From assembly GCA_046483495.1 (NCBI GenBank), contig JAWODC010000015.1:15962-79961 (forward strand): a stretch of 64,000 nt of DNA, in the 5' to 3' direction. The notes beneath the pieces are model-generated. The model was not told the origin of the DNA. It worked only from the letters and a program-made list of their open reading frames with translations, and searched no databases. Of this stretch, positions 39,106 to 48,816 are shown piece after piece (the first letter of the stretch is position 1; each line of letters opens with the position of its first letter). The stretch is from Desulfobacterales bacterium (GTDB taxonomy: Bacteria > Desulfobacterota > Desulfobacteria > Desulfobacterales > UBA5616). Both the position numbers and the translations under genes were made by a program.

Positions 39106-40323
39106 TTAGAATGTCGTTCCGAGCGCCGCCGGATTGAAATGGTCCATGTTCATGGGGCCGTCCGCCGTAACGGTGTCCAGCAGATTGTTGCTCCAGTAAA
39201 AGTTTTTAAGGTCCGTCATGGCATCCGAGCACTGGGTCCAGGCCGGCTGATCCTGGGCCGTGGCATAATTGATGACGGCGGTCATCTGTCCTTTCCACAG
39301 GTTGCCCTGTTTGTCGAACACATGGGCATACATGCAGTGGTAAATGTCTTTTTCAATCCACAACGTCTTCTTTTGCTCCGGATGCCGTTCGGATTTCGGC
39401 GTGACATCGATGCAATACATTTCCCTGAGCTCGTAAGGGTCGGAAGGTCCTGAAACCACCGGATGCTTGTAGCCTCTCTCGTGTTCTGTTCCTTTCGTGC
39501 ACCGGGTCTGTTGATTCATCAGGGCCAGAATCTTCGGTTCGCCGATCACTACGGGCTCCCAATCTCTGGGACGTCCGTCAAACCCGTAAAAATCATCCCA
39601 GGTAAACGGTGTTCCCCGGACCGGATTGGCCCTTTCACTTGACATCATTCGCAGCGTTCTGCGCAGGGTTGGAATATACGTCCACATATCGTCCGGCTTG
39701 GTCGTATCATTATACCGCCATGCCAGGGTGACCATGTCCTTGTTGACGCCGGTTCTGGTGTTTAACCAGAGTGCAGAGAAAAGATCATTGTTGTTCGGAT
39801 AAACCGGCTTTGGATCGACCGCGGTTCGATGAGAGTAAAAAAACATATCGATTTGCGTAAGTGTTGAGCTAATCGGCCCGTTTTTTCGTTGAGAGGTGTA
39901 CCAATAACCGTCATTGTAGGTATAGCCGTCCGACCGCCATCGATAGTAATGATTCCACATGACCTTCATGGCCAGATTCGGCTCCTTCGGATCAGGAAAT
40001 GGGAGTCCGGCGACCAGTCCGCTGATGGACCCGTCTTCATTCAGCGTGACTTTTCCGATATTTTTCTTGGTCGCCTCAATAAACGTCGAGGGAACATCCA
40101 CATCGGTGCGGTCCCGGACATGAATAACGGCCGGCTTTACAAAGCCCCATCCATCTTTGATAAAGCCGTATAAAATTGTAGGCATATAGTCCTTATATTG
40201 ATCGACATTGGATGAGTCGATCACATCACCGGGTTTAGGCTCATCTGCGAATGAAATCCCGGTCACACAGAAGATTAGTGCAACGGCTGCGGCAACCAGC
40301 AGCCTCATTCGTTTCCTGCCCAT
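39106..40323 (-). CDS. DUF1329-family exported protein (paralog of 29116-30336)
   Basis: Shares long identical blocks with the first copy: WNHYYRWRSDG, SSERANPVRGTPFTWDDFYGFDG, HPVVSGPSDPYELR. Confidence 0.85.
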   Translation of the reverse strand: MGRKRMRLLVAAAVALIFCVTGISFADEPKPGDVIDSSNVDQYKDYMPTILYGFIKDGWGFVKPAVIHVRDRTDVDVPSTFIEATKKNIGKVTLNEDGSISGLVAGLPFPDPKEPNLAMKVMWNHYYRWRSDGYTYNDGYWYTSQRKNGPISSTLTQIDMFFYSHRTAVDPKPVYPNNNDLFSALWLNTRTGVNKDMVTLAWRYNDTTKPDDMWTYIPTLRRTLRMMSSERANPVRGTPFTWDDFYGFDGRPRDWEPVVIGEPKILALMNQQTRCTKGTEHERGYKHPVVSGPSDPYELREMYCIDVTPKSERHPEQKKTLWIEKDIYHCMYAHVFDKQGNLWKGQMTAVINYATAQDQPAWTQCSDAMTDLKNFYWSNNLLDTVTADGPMNMDHFNPAALGTTF

Positions 40324-40447
40324 TCATCAGCCTCCTTGTTTAAAAAAGGTGAATAAAAACTGAATAAATCATGTGAATCCGAATTTGATTCAGTTTTTTA
40401 AATATAATACAATAAATTGGCTGTCAACTTATTTTCCTTGCCCTTCT

Positions 40448-40461
40448 GAATCCGACCGCCG
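40448..40461 (+). repeat. 14-bp direct repeat of the tRNA-Thr T-arm/acceptor 3' side (attR-like)
   Basis: GAATCCGACCGCCG is identical to 30907-30920, with similar flanks (ttct/ttc on the left, ttcc/gctcc on the right). Confidence 0.6.
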
Positions 40462-40694
40462 TTCCGGTGCATTTTGGGGTAAAACACGAAACGAGGGCTA
40501 AAAACCGACTTGCCTTCAATCAATGATTGTGTTTTGCTTTTAACCCATTGATGTTTTCGTAATATCATGCCCTCCTTCCATATCCGACTTGGATTTTTAT
40601 TCCGATCATGATATTTTGATAGTGTATAATCTTTAGGAATATATGGTTTTTAAGGGACTCAACGGTTGCGGGAAGCATTAAAGAGAGGTTGCAT

Positions 40695-40895
40695 ATGTGT
40701 TTGAGTACGGTTTTCTTGAATACCGGCCAATCCAAAAAAGTCGTGATGAAAGACGTGGCGCGGATTGAAGCCGAGGGAAGCGGATTTTGGCTGATCAGCC
40801 TTTTCGGCGAAAAAACGTTTGTAGAAGGGGCGGTAAAAACCATTGATTTTACGGATGAGCATTTACTCGAGCTGGAAAGTGCCCCTGCAAAATGA
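40695..40895 (+). CDS. CooT-family nickel-binding protein
   Basis: N-terminal MCL, VMKDVA.I, SLFGE, IDF.DEH pattern; 66 aa. Confidence 0.8.
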   Translation: MCLSTVFLNTGQSKKVVMKDVARIEAEGSGFWLISLFGEKTFVEGAVKTIDFTDEHLLELESAPAK

Positions 40896-40997
40896 TCTGG
40901 TGAAAAGCCAATACATGCAGCAGGTTTGAAGGAAGGACATCGTAATGGATTTTTTTTCATGTCTTTGTGCTTGCAGCAAAACGAAGGAGGGGAAAAA

Positions 40998-41195
40998 ATG
41001 GATTTTGGCGAAAAAGCCGACATCAGGCTGAACCATTGGTTAAAACACAATGAAACACACATAGCCGAATACGAAGCCTTTGTCGAAGAACTGGAAAAAG
41101 AGGGCTGGCATGCCTGTGCCGATCAGATAAGGGAACTGATTACATTTTCCAGAAAAGGCAATGACTGTCTGCGCAAAGCCATCGAGGTGTTGTAA
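40998..41195 (+). CDS. Small His-rich helical protein (HW.KHN..H motif), probably metal-binding
   Basis: MDFGEKADIRLNHWLKHNETHIAEYE...; GGAGGGG RBS; follows cooT. Confidence 0.72.
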   Translation: MDFGEKADIRLNHWLKHNETHIAEYEAFVEELEKEGWHACADQIRELITFSRKGNDCLRKAIEVL

Positions 41196-41229
41196 GCACC
41201 TGAAGAAAAAGACATGAGGGGGCCTGCTT

Positions 41230-42141
41230 ATGAGAAAAGATGTAACCTTTTTAAGTGACGGCATGACGTGTAAAGGATGGTTTTACCTGCCGGATGACCT
41301 AAGGGAAAATCAAAAAGTGCCCGTAGTAATTATGGCCCACGGCTTTTCCGCTGTCAAGGAACATTACCTGTCACGCTATGCCGAAAGGTTCGTTTCATCC
41401 GGCATGGCGGTTCTGGTCTTTGACTATCGCTATCTTGGAGAGAGTGAAGGAGAACCGCGGGGACAGGTGCTGCCCCATACTCAGCTCAATGACTACAGAA
41501 ATGCCCTCTCGTGGGTTTGCCGGCAAGCGGAAGTGGATCCCGACCGCTTGGGTGTTTGGGGAACATCGTATAGCGGGGGGCATGTGCTTCACCTGGGAGC
41601 ATTCGACAGACGCATCAAAGCCGTTGTTTCACAGGTACCGAATATATGCGGTTGGCGATCCGTTTTGAAAAGTTCCGGCATGGAGGGGTTGCGTTTTCTG
41701 CAGGAAATGGTTGTAAACGACCGATTGTCGGCTTATCCGGATGAAATCCGATATCTTCCGGTGGTCGCTCCCGAAGGTGAGCCGGCGGCATTGGGCACTC
41801 CCGATGCTTATGCTTTTTTCCATTCCGGTGAAGAAAAAGCCGCCGAAAATTGGATCAACAAGGTCTCACTGGAATCCATCGAGAAGATGATCGAAAGTAA
41901 TCCCGCCGACGCCATCGAGATCATATCTCCGACTCCCCTGATGATCGTCGCGGCCGTACAGGATTTCCTTATACCCATAGAAATTGTCCGTGAGGCATTT
42001 GAACGCGCCGGCGAACCCAAGAAACTGGTGGAAATTCCGTGCGGGCATTTCGATGTTTATTATGCATCGCCATGGCACGAACAGGCGGTTGAAGCGGCCG
42101 ATCAGTGGTTTCGTAAACATCTGCTTGAAACGGGGGTTTGA
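41230..42141 (+). CDS. Alpha/beta hydrolase (S15/FrsA-like)
   Basis: MAHGF, FDYR..GES.GEPR, GTSYSGG nucleophile, D and GHFD triad residues. Confidence 0.88.
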   Translation: MRKDVTFLSDGMTCKGWFYLPDDLRENQKVPVVIMAHGFSAVKEHYLSRYAERFVSSGMAVLVFDYRYLGESEGEPRGQVLPHTQLNDYRNALSWVCRQAEVDPDRLGVWGTSYSGGHVLHLGAFDRRIKAVVSQVPNICGWRSVLKSSGMEGLRFLQEMVVNDRLSAYPDEIRYLPVVAPEGEPAALGTPDAYAFFHSGEEKAAENWINKVSLESIEKMIESNPADAIEIISPTPLMIVAAVQDFLIPIEIVREAFERAGEPKKLVEIPCGHFDVYYASPWHEQAVEAADQWFRKHLLETGV

Positions 42142-42211
42142 CAATTCGACATACCCGCATGAACGGTGATCCGCAAAAGAAATGCAACTCGGCCGAAGCG
42201 GAATGAGCGCT

Positions 42212-42619
42212 TCAGCGGAATTTTTCCCGTTTTAAAAGTATAAGGGTCTCCTCGACCTGTAGTGTGCTCATGTAACCGATATCGATTAAAATCTCGCCTA
42301 TGGGTCTGCGCTTCTTTTTTTCCAATTCTTCCCTTATCTGGATTATCATTCCTTTGATGAGTTGATCCGGCGTGATAAAACCTTTGGAAATGGCGATATC
42401 GCCGAATCGAGGTTCGATAAATGCCTCCAGCACATCATTGACCTGCTTTTCATTCATGTAACCCAGGTCGCGAAAAATCCGGCCGATCGGCCGATGCTTT
42501 TTTTCTGCATTCTTCTCCTTGATCTGAATGGTAAGGGCCTCGATAACCTGCGATAGATCGACAAATCCTCTTTTCATCGCCAACGTCGCAAACCGTTCCT
42601 TAATTTGTTTTATCACCAT
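42212..42619 (-). CDS. Standalone tandem MshEN-like domain protein (putative c-di-GMP receptor)
   Basis: Four R(F/I)GxxxxxxG(F/Y)xxxxQxxxxLxxQ-type motifs arranged as two repeats. Confidence 0.65.
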   Translation of the reverse strand: MVIKQIKERFATLAMKRGFVDLSQVIEALTIQIKEKNAEKKHRPIGRIFRDLGYMNEKQVNDVLEAFIEPRFGDIAISKGFITPDQLIKGMIIQIREELEKKKRRPIGEILIDIGYMSTLQVEETLILLKREKFR

Positions 42620-42819
42620 GACCGGCGTCCTCTTCCTGGGGTTAGCTGCCGTTTACTGGTGAGAGTGCATACCACAAAAACATTGATTTGTCATGTTATG
42701 GTATTTTTTTTACTCAACTTTCATATCAATGGCAGAGCGGATCTGACTATTCGCCGGACAAGGAGTGAGACGGGTTGATGGGAGCATGGAAGAGGATTTT
42801 GCAAAAGGCAGGCCTGTGG

Positions 42820-43590
42820 TTACCTTTCCGCAGGGTCACGTCGTTTTTCTTGCCGGATGATTTCTTCTTGCTCGGCGACGGCCTTCCGATGCTCATGCTC
42901 CCCGCGCCCGCCTTTTCGGCGGCGATCGATTTCTTCCTGCGCGGATACCCGACCATATAAAATCAAGGTGTCGTATGGGAGAACTTTCGTGGATCCCCTT
43001 GGAGCACCGATAAATGTTCCGTCGGTCCGGGTGATTCCCAGGACCATAAGACCCTCTTCCCGAAGTTTTAGTTCATTAAGCGTCCGATCCGCCATCCAAT
43101 CCGTGGGCTTTACCTGCATTTCGGTGACCTGGTAATCTCCGGCCAGGTGAAGCAGACCGGCATAATCCTGAACATCCAGCCGGGTGTAGCGCCTCAATCC
43201 CCACCGGACTAGACCGGAAAGATGATTGTCGACCGCCCGGCTGGAAGCAACGCCCCATAATAAAACGATACCCAGGCAAAGCAGAAAAAGGCGTATTGCA
43301 ATCGGACTCGTATTCTCCAGATTGACAAACGTCAGGATCAATGTGGACATGGCCGTTACGATCCCTGCATTTCCCAACAGCATCAGCATAAGGAGAATAC
43401 GGCGCCGAAGAGGGTGATTTACAACTTTTTCAGATTCATTGGTTGTAAATCCGACACCGGTAAACGCCGAACGCGCCTGAAATCGGGCGGATTCCCTGGA
43501 CAAGCCCGTATGGGTCAGCGCGATGGCGGCGATTTTGGTGACCATTATGGAAAAGCTCAAAATAAGAAAAAGCGATAAAATTGCAAGCAT
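42820..43590 (-). CDS. Membrane protein with TrkA-C (RCK_C) domain
   Basis: LTHTGLSRESARFQARSAFTGVGFTT.ESE, LMLLGNAG, C-terminal VLGI.R.DG...P.......DTLILYG. Confidence 0.85.
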   Translation of the reverse strand: MLAILSLFLILSFSIMVTKIAAIALTHTGLSRESARFQARSAFTGVGFTTNESEKVVNHPLRRRILLMLMLLGNAGIVTAMSTLILTFVNLENTSPIAIRLFLLCLGIVLLWGVASSRAVDNHLSGLVRWGLRRYTRLDVQDYAGLLHLAGDYQVTEMQVKPTDWMADRTLNELKLREEGLMVLGITRTDGTFIGAPRGSTKVLPYDTLILYGRVSAQEEIDRRRKGGRGEHEHRKAVAEQEEIIRQEKRRDPAER

Positions 43591-43807
43591 TGAAGATATG
43601 TTCGCTTGAAAACAGGTTCGTGCTTATCTGGAAATTTTATTAATTTTAAACCGCCGAGAGGAGATTTCAATAATGTCGATCCGGTATTTTGCACTACAGG
43701 TGCAAAAACGAGGACCGGGATATGACGATGTCGACGCAAATCGGACCGACTGTGTATATTCCGGCTCGAAACGCTTCGGTAAACGTGGATACTAAATTTG
43801 GCACAAA

Positions 43808-43842
43808 AAAAGCCAAACGACGCATTCCAATCGTTTGGCTTT
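43808..43842 (-). terminator. Terminator after tRNA-Ala
   Basis: AAAGCCAAACGA...TCGTTTGGCTTT, with a T-run on the minus strand. Confidence 0.75.
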
Positions 43843-43852
43843 CATTTCGATG

Positions 43853-43928
43853 TGGTGGAGCTGAGGGGGCTCGAACCCCTGGCCTCATGACTGCCAGTCA
43901 TGCGCTCTCCCAGCTGAGCTACAGCCCC
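43853..43928 (-). tRNA. tRNA-Ala(GGC)
   Basis: GGGGCTGTAGCTCAGCTGGGAGAGCGCATGACTGGCAGTCATGAGGCCAGGGGTTCGAGCCCCCTCAGCTCCACCA; has the G3:U70 identity pair. Confidence 0.97.
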
Positions 43929-44161
43929 TTTAATAGGATAAAATCTTTATCTAACAAAGGCCGTTTGTCCTGTCAACACCTAATTCATATGGATCGGGAA
44001 CGCTTAAAGGGGTTGCAAAACTACAGAGGCACCCTGAATCCGGCGCCCGCTGAGTCGCGAGAGGCAATAATCGTCCGGAACCGGGGAATTCATTGACAAA
44101 GCGGGGCTTTGAAAATATATTATCCGGAATTTTGAATCCATAGAAAAAAAAGGAATTTAGA

Positions 44162-46060
44162 ATGTTAAACACCATGCGGAAAAATGCCGGATCTTGGATG
44201 ATCAAGGTCCTTTTATTTGCTATTGTTGTTGTATTCATTTTTTGGGGTGTTGGTACTTTCCGAGAGCAGCGAAGCGGCAGGCTCGCCATCGTAAATGGAG
44301 AATCCATCACCTATGATGAATGGGCCAAAACATACAATAGCATGGTTGAAAACCTCAGGCAGCAATTCGGTGAAAATTTCAATGATGATATGCTCAAGGT
44401 TCTGAATGTCAAAGAACAGGCATTAAATCAACTGATTAACAACAGACTGCTTCTCGAAGAGGCAAAGCGGCTTAATTTCAGAGTCGGGCAACAGGAACTG
44501 GTCGACGCCATACGTTCCATTCCGGCGTTTCAAACAGACGGCGTTTTTAACCCCCGCCTGTATCGCAGGGTCCTCAGTCATTTCAGAATGACGCCGGAAG
44601 AATTCGAATCCATCCAAAGAAGCGAAATACTCGTCGGCAAACTCCGGACGTTCATCAATCAAACGGCAAATGTCTCTGATGAGGAAGCCCTGGAATGGTA
44701 CCAATGGAACCGCGCATCCGTGAATATCGATTATGTGCTGTTCGAGACGGACACGTACACCCATATCAACCCGTCTGAAGAGGAAATCCGAAAGCATTTC
44801 GAGGAAAATAAAGGATCGTATGCAATCCCTCCCACGAGGAAAGTCCAGTACCTCGATCTCGATCCCATTGAACTTCGATCCAAGGCTACGGTAACAGATG
44901 AGGAAACCGCCGTCTATTTCGAGGAACATCCTGAAGAATTCGTTCAGCCGAAAACCGTTGAGGCAAGCCATATTTTGTTGAAGCTTACCCCTGACGCCGA
45001 ACCGGAATCGGTTGAAAAGAAACGAAAAGAGGCAATCGAAATCATGGAAATGGCCAAAGGCGGGAAAGATTTCGCCGAACTGGCGAAAACCTATTCGGAA
45101 GGTCCGACGAAAGCCTCCGGCGGGTATTTGGGCACGTTCGAAAAAAATGAAATGGTTGCGCCATTTGCTGAAAAAGCCTTTTCCATGCATGCCGGCGAAA
45201 TCAGTGAACCGGTGAGAACCCGATTCGGCTGGCACATTATTCGGGTGGAAAAGATCAATGAAGAAGGTTCCAAAACCTTTGAAGAAGTTAAAGGAGAAAT
45301 CCGGGAAAAACTGGAAATGCAATATGCGGAACAGATGGCCTACGATCAAGCAGAATTGATTTTTGAATCCGCTCTGGAGACCGGAGACCTGGCACAAACC
45401 GCTGAGAATCACAATCTGAAGATTCATACAACAGATTTCTTCCCCAAAAGCGGTCCGAAAACAGGAATCGCCAATCCCGAAGAATTCGCATCCGTAGCCT
45501 TTGACCTGGAAATCATGGATATCAGCGATATTTTTAGAATTGACGAGGCCTTTTTTATTTTACAGCCCATTGAATCACGGAATGAACGCATACCGGAATT
45601 TGCAGCTGTAAAAAAATCCGTAAAAGAGGATCTGATTGAGAAAAGACAAGCTGAAGCAGCTCTCAAAGATGCGGAAAAACTGCTGGCCGAGCTTGAGGAC
45701 GGCTTTTCCGAAAGCCGGAATGCCGAAACGGACATACCACCCGCATTTCAATCAACCGGGTTTTTCAACCGCTTCGGCCCTATTCCCGATATCGGATATG
45801 AAAAGGAAGTCATCGAAGCGGCATTCAAACTGACACCGGAAAACCCTTACCCGGATAGGGCCATTGAAGGAAGTGAGGGTTTTTACGTCATTCGGCTCGA
45901 AGAAAGAAAAGAGCCGGACAAACAGGGCTTCGAGAATGAAAAAGACGAAATCAAAGAAACGCTCATCTCACAAAAACAGTCAAAAACCTTTGATTCCCTG
46001 ATTGATTACTTAAAGAACAAAAGCGAAATTTCCATTAAGGACGATTTTTATCAGCTTTAA
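44162..46060 (+). CDS. ppiD: PpiD-like periplasmic folding chaperone/PPIase
   Basis: ML..MRK..SW, N-terminal TM, VNGE.I, SurA-N region, ASHILL...GG.LG.F...MV..F, T.FGWHII. Confidence 0.88.
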   Translation: MLNTMRKNAGSWMIKVLLFAIVVVFIFWGVGTFREQRSGRLAIVNGESITYDEWAKTYNSMVENLRQQFGENFNDDMLKVLNVKEQALNQLINNRLLLEEAKRLNFRVGQQELVDAIRSIPAFQTDGVFNPRLYRRVLSHFRMTPEEFESIQRSEILVGKLRTFINQTANVSDEEALEWYQWNRASVNIDYVLFETDTYTHINPSEEEIRKHFEENKGSYAIPPTRKVQYLDLDPIELRSKATVTDEETAVYFEEHPEEFVQPKTVEASHILLKLTPDAEPESVEKKRKEAIEIMEMAKGGKDFAELAKTYSEGPTKASGGYLGTFEKNEMVAPFAEKAFSMHAGEISEPVRTRFGWHIIRVEKINEEGSKTFEEVKGEIREKLEMQYAEQMAYDQAELIFESALETGDLAQTAENHNLKIHTTDFFPKSGPKTGIANPEEFASVAFDLEIMDISDIFRIDEAFFILQPIESRNERIPEFAAVKKSVKEDLIEKRQAEAALKDAEKLLAELEDGFSESRNAETDIPPAFQSTGFFNRFGPIPDIGYEKEVIEAAFKLTPENPYPDRAIEGSEGFYVIRLEERKEPDKQGFENEKDEIKETLISQKQSKTFDSLIDYLKNKSEISIKDDFYQL

Positions 46061-46188
46061 TACCGGGGGCGCAGCAACATTCGGAAAGCCCTCACTTTTG
46101 AACGGCACGCAAAGGTGAGGGGCTAATCGCAAAAGAGAACGGTTGACGCGCGAATTCGATTATTGATTCGCTTCGAGAGGGAAATGCC

Positions 46189-46425
46189 ATGGCAATAAAC
46201 AGCAATAAAAGCAAGCCGGCCTATTCCGTCAAAACGTGCTACAATTGTGGAACCCCGCTTGCCATCAATGCGGATACATGCTATTCATGCCGCTCCAAAG
46301 TGGGGGAGGTCGGCAAGCATGGTAAAGCCAAAAAGCCTGTCGATTGGAAGTCCTACATTATCTGTGTCCTTGCATGGACGATATTTATTCTTTACGTTCG
46401 CTGGGCCTTCTTTATTCCGAAATAA
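46189..46425 (+). CDS. Small zinc-ribbon protein with C-terminal TM helix
   Basis: CYNC...CYSC, hydrophobic C-terminus, GAGAGGGG RBS. Confidence 0.7.
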   Translation: MAINSNKSKPAYSVKTCYNCGTPLAINADTCYSCRSKVGEVGKHGKAKKPVDWKSYIICVLAWTIFILYVRWAFFIPK

Positions 46426-46448
46426 AGCCGATACCTATTCCGCTGGAA

Positions 46449-48440
46449 TCAGATGTTCACGGAACCGGAGGACCACCCCTCAGCGGAGGCCGTAAATGCT
46501 TTTTTTAGCACATCTTCTCCGAGCTCATAGAGAAATCGAGACGGCCGGTCCAACAGAATGTTCGTATTCCGGTCATAAATGTTCGTGGGATACAGGAAAT
46601 ACAATTTCTCTTTGGCCCGGGTCGCTGCAACATACATCAGGCGCCGCTCCTCTTCGAGTAAATGTTCCTGCTCCAGTGCATACATGGATGGAAACCGCCC
46701 ATCCAGGGCCCAGATAATGAACACCGTGTGCCATTCAAGCCCTTTGGCCGAATGGATCGTGGAAAGGGTCAGCCTGTCTTCTTTTGAAGTTCCTGCATCC
46801 ATGATATCGTCTACGCTGGTGTTTGGAGGCTCAAGCGCCATATCCGTCAAAAATAGCGATAGATCGCCATATCGGTTTATGATCAGGAGCAGCTGTTCCA
46901 AATCTTTTATACGCTTTGGATAATCGTCGAATTTACGGCGGACGATCGGCAGATAATATTCCAGTATGATTCCACCCAGGTCACCAACCGTGGGGTTTTG
47001 GGCCTCGATGGTTCGATACAGTGACTTGAGCTTGTCGATGTGTGGTTCGATTCCGGAGGAGAATTCGGTTTCGACAAATCCCTGAACACCTCGATTCTCC
47101 TGAATAACGGTTTCGTAGATCTTTCGAGCTTTCAAAGGGCCGATGTTTTCGACCAGCATCAGTATCCGCTGCCAACTGACACGGTCCCTCGGATTGCACA
47201 GAACCCGCAAATGTGCAAGCACGTCTTTGATGTGCGCCGATTCTACAAATTTAAATCCACCCACTTTGTTGAAGGGAATACCTTCTCTGGCCAGTTCGAT
47301 TTCCAGGCCGAAAGAATGAAATCCCGCACGAAAAAGTACGGCGATATCGTTTAATTTGACGCCTCTATTCCTCAACTCATGTACACGGTCAATCACGAAT
47401 TTCGATTGGCTGACCTCGTCTGCAGCTTCAACCAACAGCGGTGCCGCACCTTCCTTTTTCGAGGTGAACAGCCGCTTGTCATATTTCTCGGCCGCCATTT
47501 CTATGATTTGATTTGAGAGACTGAGTATCGGCTGCACGCTCCTATAGTTTTCTTCCAGCCGGATAATTTTGCAAGCCGGGTAACGTTCGGGGAAACGCAG
47601 GATATTCTTAAAATCCGCCCCTCGAAACGAGTAGATGCTTTGTGAATCATCACCGACAACCATGATATTCTTGTTGGCCGAAGATAAAAGATATAAAATT
47701 TCCGCCTGTACTTTGTTGGTGTCCTGGTATTCATCAACCATGATATACCGGTAAAAAGCGGAAATTCTGTCACGCAATGACCGGTTTTCCATCAGCAGAC
47801 GTTTCAAAAAAATCAGCAGATCATCATAGTCCAAAAGCCGATGAACAGCTTTGTTCCTTTTGTATTCTTCGTAAACGAGAAGGATGCCGCCCAAGGCCGA
47901 GGAGAAATGACCGTACTCCTGATGTACGATATCCTCGATCGTTTTCACCTTGTTTGCGGACCGGCTGAAAATATCCATCAGGGTCTTTTTTTTCGGAAAC
48001 CGGCGATAGCGTGAAGAAAGGGTGTTCTCTTTTCGAATCATTGAAATCAGATCTTCAGCATCGACCCTATCGATAACGGCAAACCCCTCGGAAAAACCGA
48101 TGTGTTTGCCATACCGATGAAGCATTTCATTGGCAAAGGAATGAAACGTACCGCCTGAAATCGTCTTGCAGCGGTCATCCAAAAGGATCTGTGCCCGGGT
48201 CACCATTTCTGCCGCCGCTTTTCTCGTAAAAGTCAGCAGAAGAATGGATCGGGGCGAAACACCTTCATGCACCAGTGCAGCAACCCGGTGGGTCAGGGTT
48301 CGTGTTTTGCCGCTTCCCGCGCCGGCAATAACCAGCAGCGCGCCTTCTCTGAACATTACCGCTTCCCGTTGAGAAGGATTAAGCGATTGTATCGCTTTAT
48401 CATAAAAGAAATTCTTCGATTTAAAACCGGATGAATTCAT
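46449..48440 (-). CDS. UvrD/Rep/PcrA ATP-dependent DNA helicase
   Basis: LN..Q..AV, AGAGSGKT, TFT.KAA, TFHS, DEYQD, VGD..QSIY.FRGA, LEENYRS, TIH.AKGLEW, EERRL.YVA.TRA. Confidence 0.95.
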   Translation of the reverse strand: MNSSGFKSKNFFYDKAIQSLNPSQREAVMFREGALLVIAGAGSGKTRTLTHRVAALVHEGVSPRSILLLTFTRKAAAEMVTRAQILLDDRCKTISGGTFHSFANEMLHRYGKHIGFSEGFAVIDRVDAEDLISMIRKENTLSSRYRRFPKKKTLMDIFSRSANKVKTIEDIVHQEYGHFSSALGGILLVYEEYKRNKAVHRLLDYDDLLIFLKRLLMENRSLRDRISAFYRYIMVDEYQDTNKVQAEILYLLSSANKNIMVVGDDSQSIYSFRGADFKNILRFPERYPACKIIRLEENYRSVQPILSLSNQIIEMAAEKYDKRLFTSKKEGAAPLLVEAADEVSQSKFVIDRVHELRNRGVKLNDIAVLFRAGFHSFGLEIELAREGIPFNKVGGFKFVESAHIKDVLAHLRVLCNPRDRVSWQRILMLVENIGPLKARKIYETVIQENRGVQGFVETEFSSGIEPHIDKLKSLYRTIEAQNPTVGDLGGIILEYYLPIVRRKFDDYPKRIKDLEQLLLIINRYGDLSLFLTDMALEPPNTSVDDIMDAGTSKEDRLTLSTIHSAKGLEWHTVFIIWALDGRFPSMYALEQEHLLEEERRLMYVAATRAKEKLYFLYPTNIYDRNTNILLDRPSRFLYELGEDVLKKAFTASAEGWSSGSVNI

Positions 48441-48816
48441 AAGGCAACCACATCTCGTTTCATACCGGCGAAGCAAAAGAACGGACCACGCGGAGATCGA
48501 GCCGAGTGCGGCATTGACCTTGCGAACTCCAAGTACGAACCGGCATCGCCAAATGGCTGAAACGTTTATTGTAATTATCGACAATTTTTAACTTGCCGTT
48601 CCAACATCTCATATAAATCCTCAGCACAACCATACGGAAAGCAGAAGAGTGGATCAATGATTATTTTTTTGTGGATTGACACTTTCCTTACCAAAAAAAA
48701 GTAATTCTGAACTTCAATCCGACAAAAAACTTCTCTTCCCCTGTTGACTTTTCCTATATTATATATTAGTTACATTAAAAACGATGATGATAACTTAAAA
48801 TAAGGAGGAAGCCTAA

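Noticed and set aside
43853..43928. tRNA-Ala as an island integration site
   Set aside because: I found no repeat of its 3' end and no integrase in the window.
44423..45427. 334-aa minus-strand ORF
   Set aside because: It is an antisense shadow of ppiD with no recognisable motifs.
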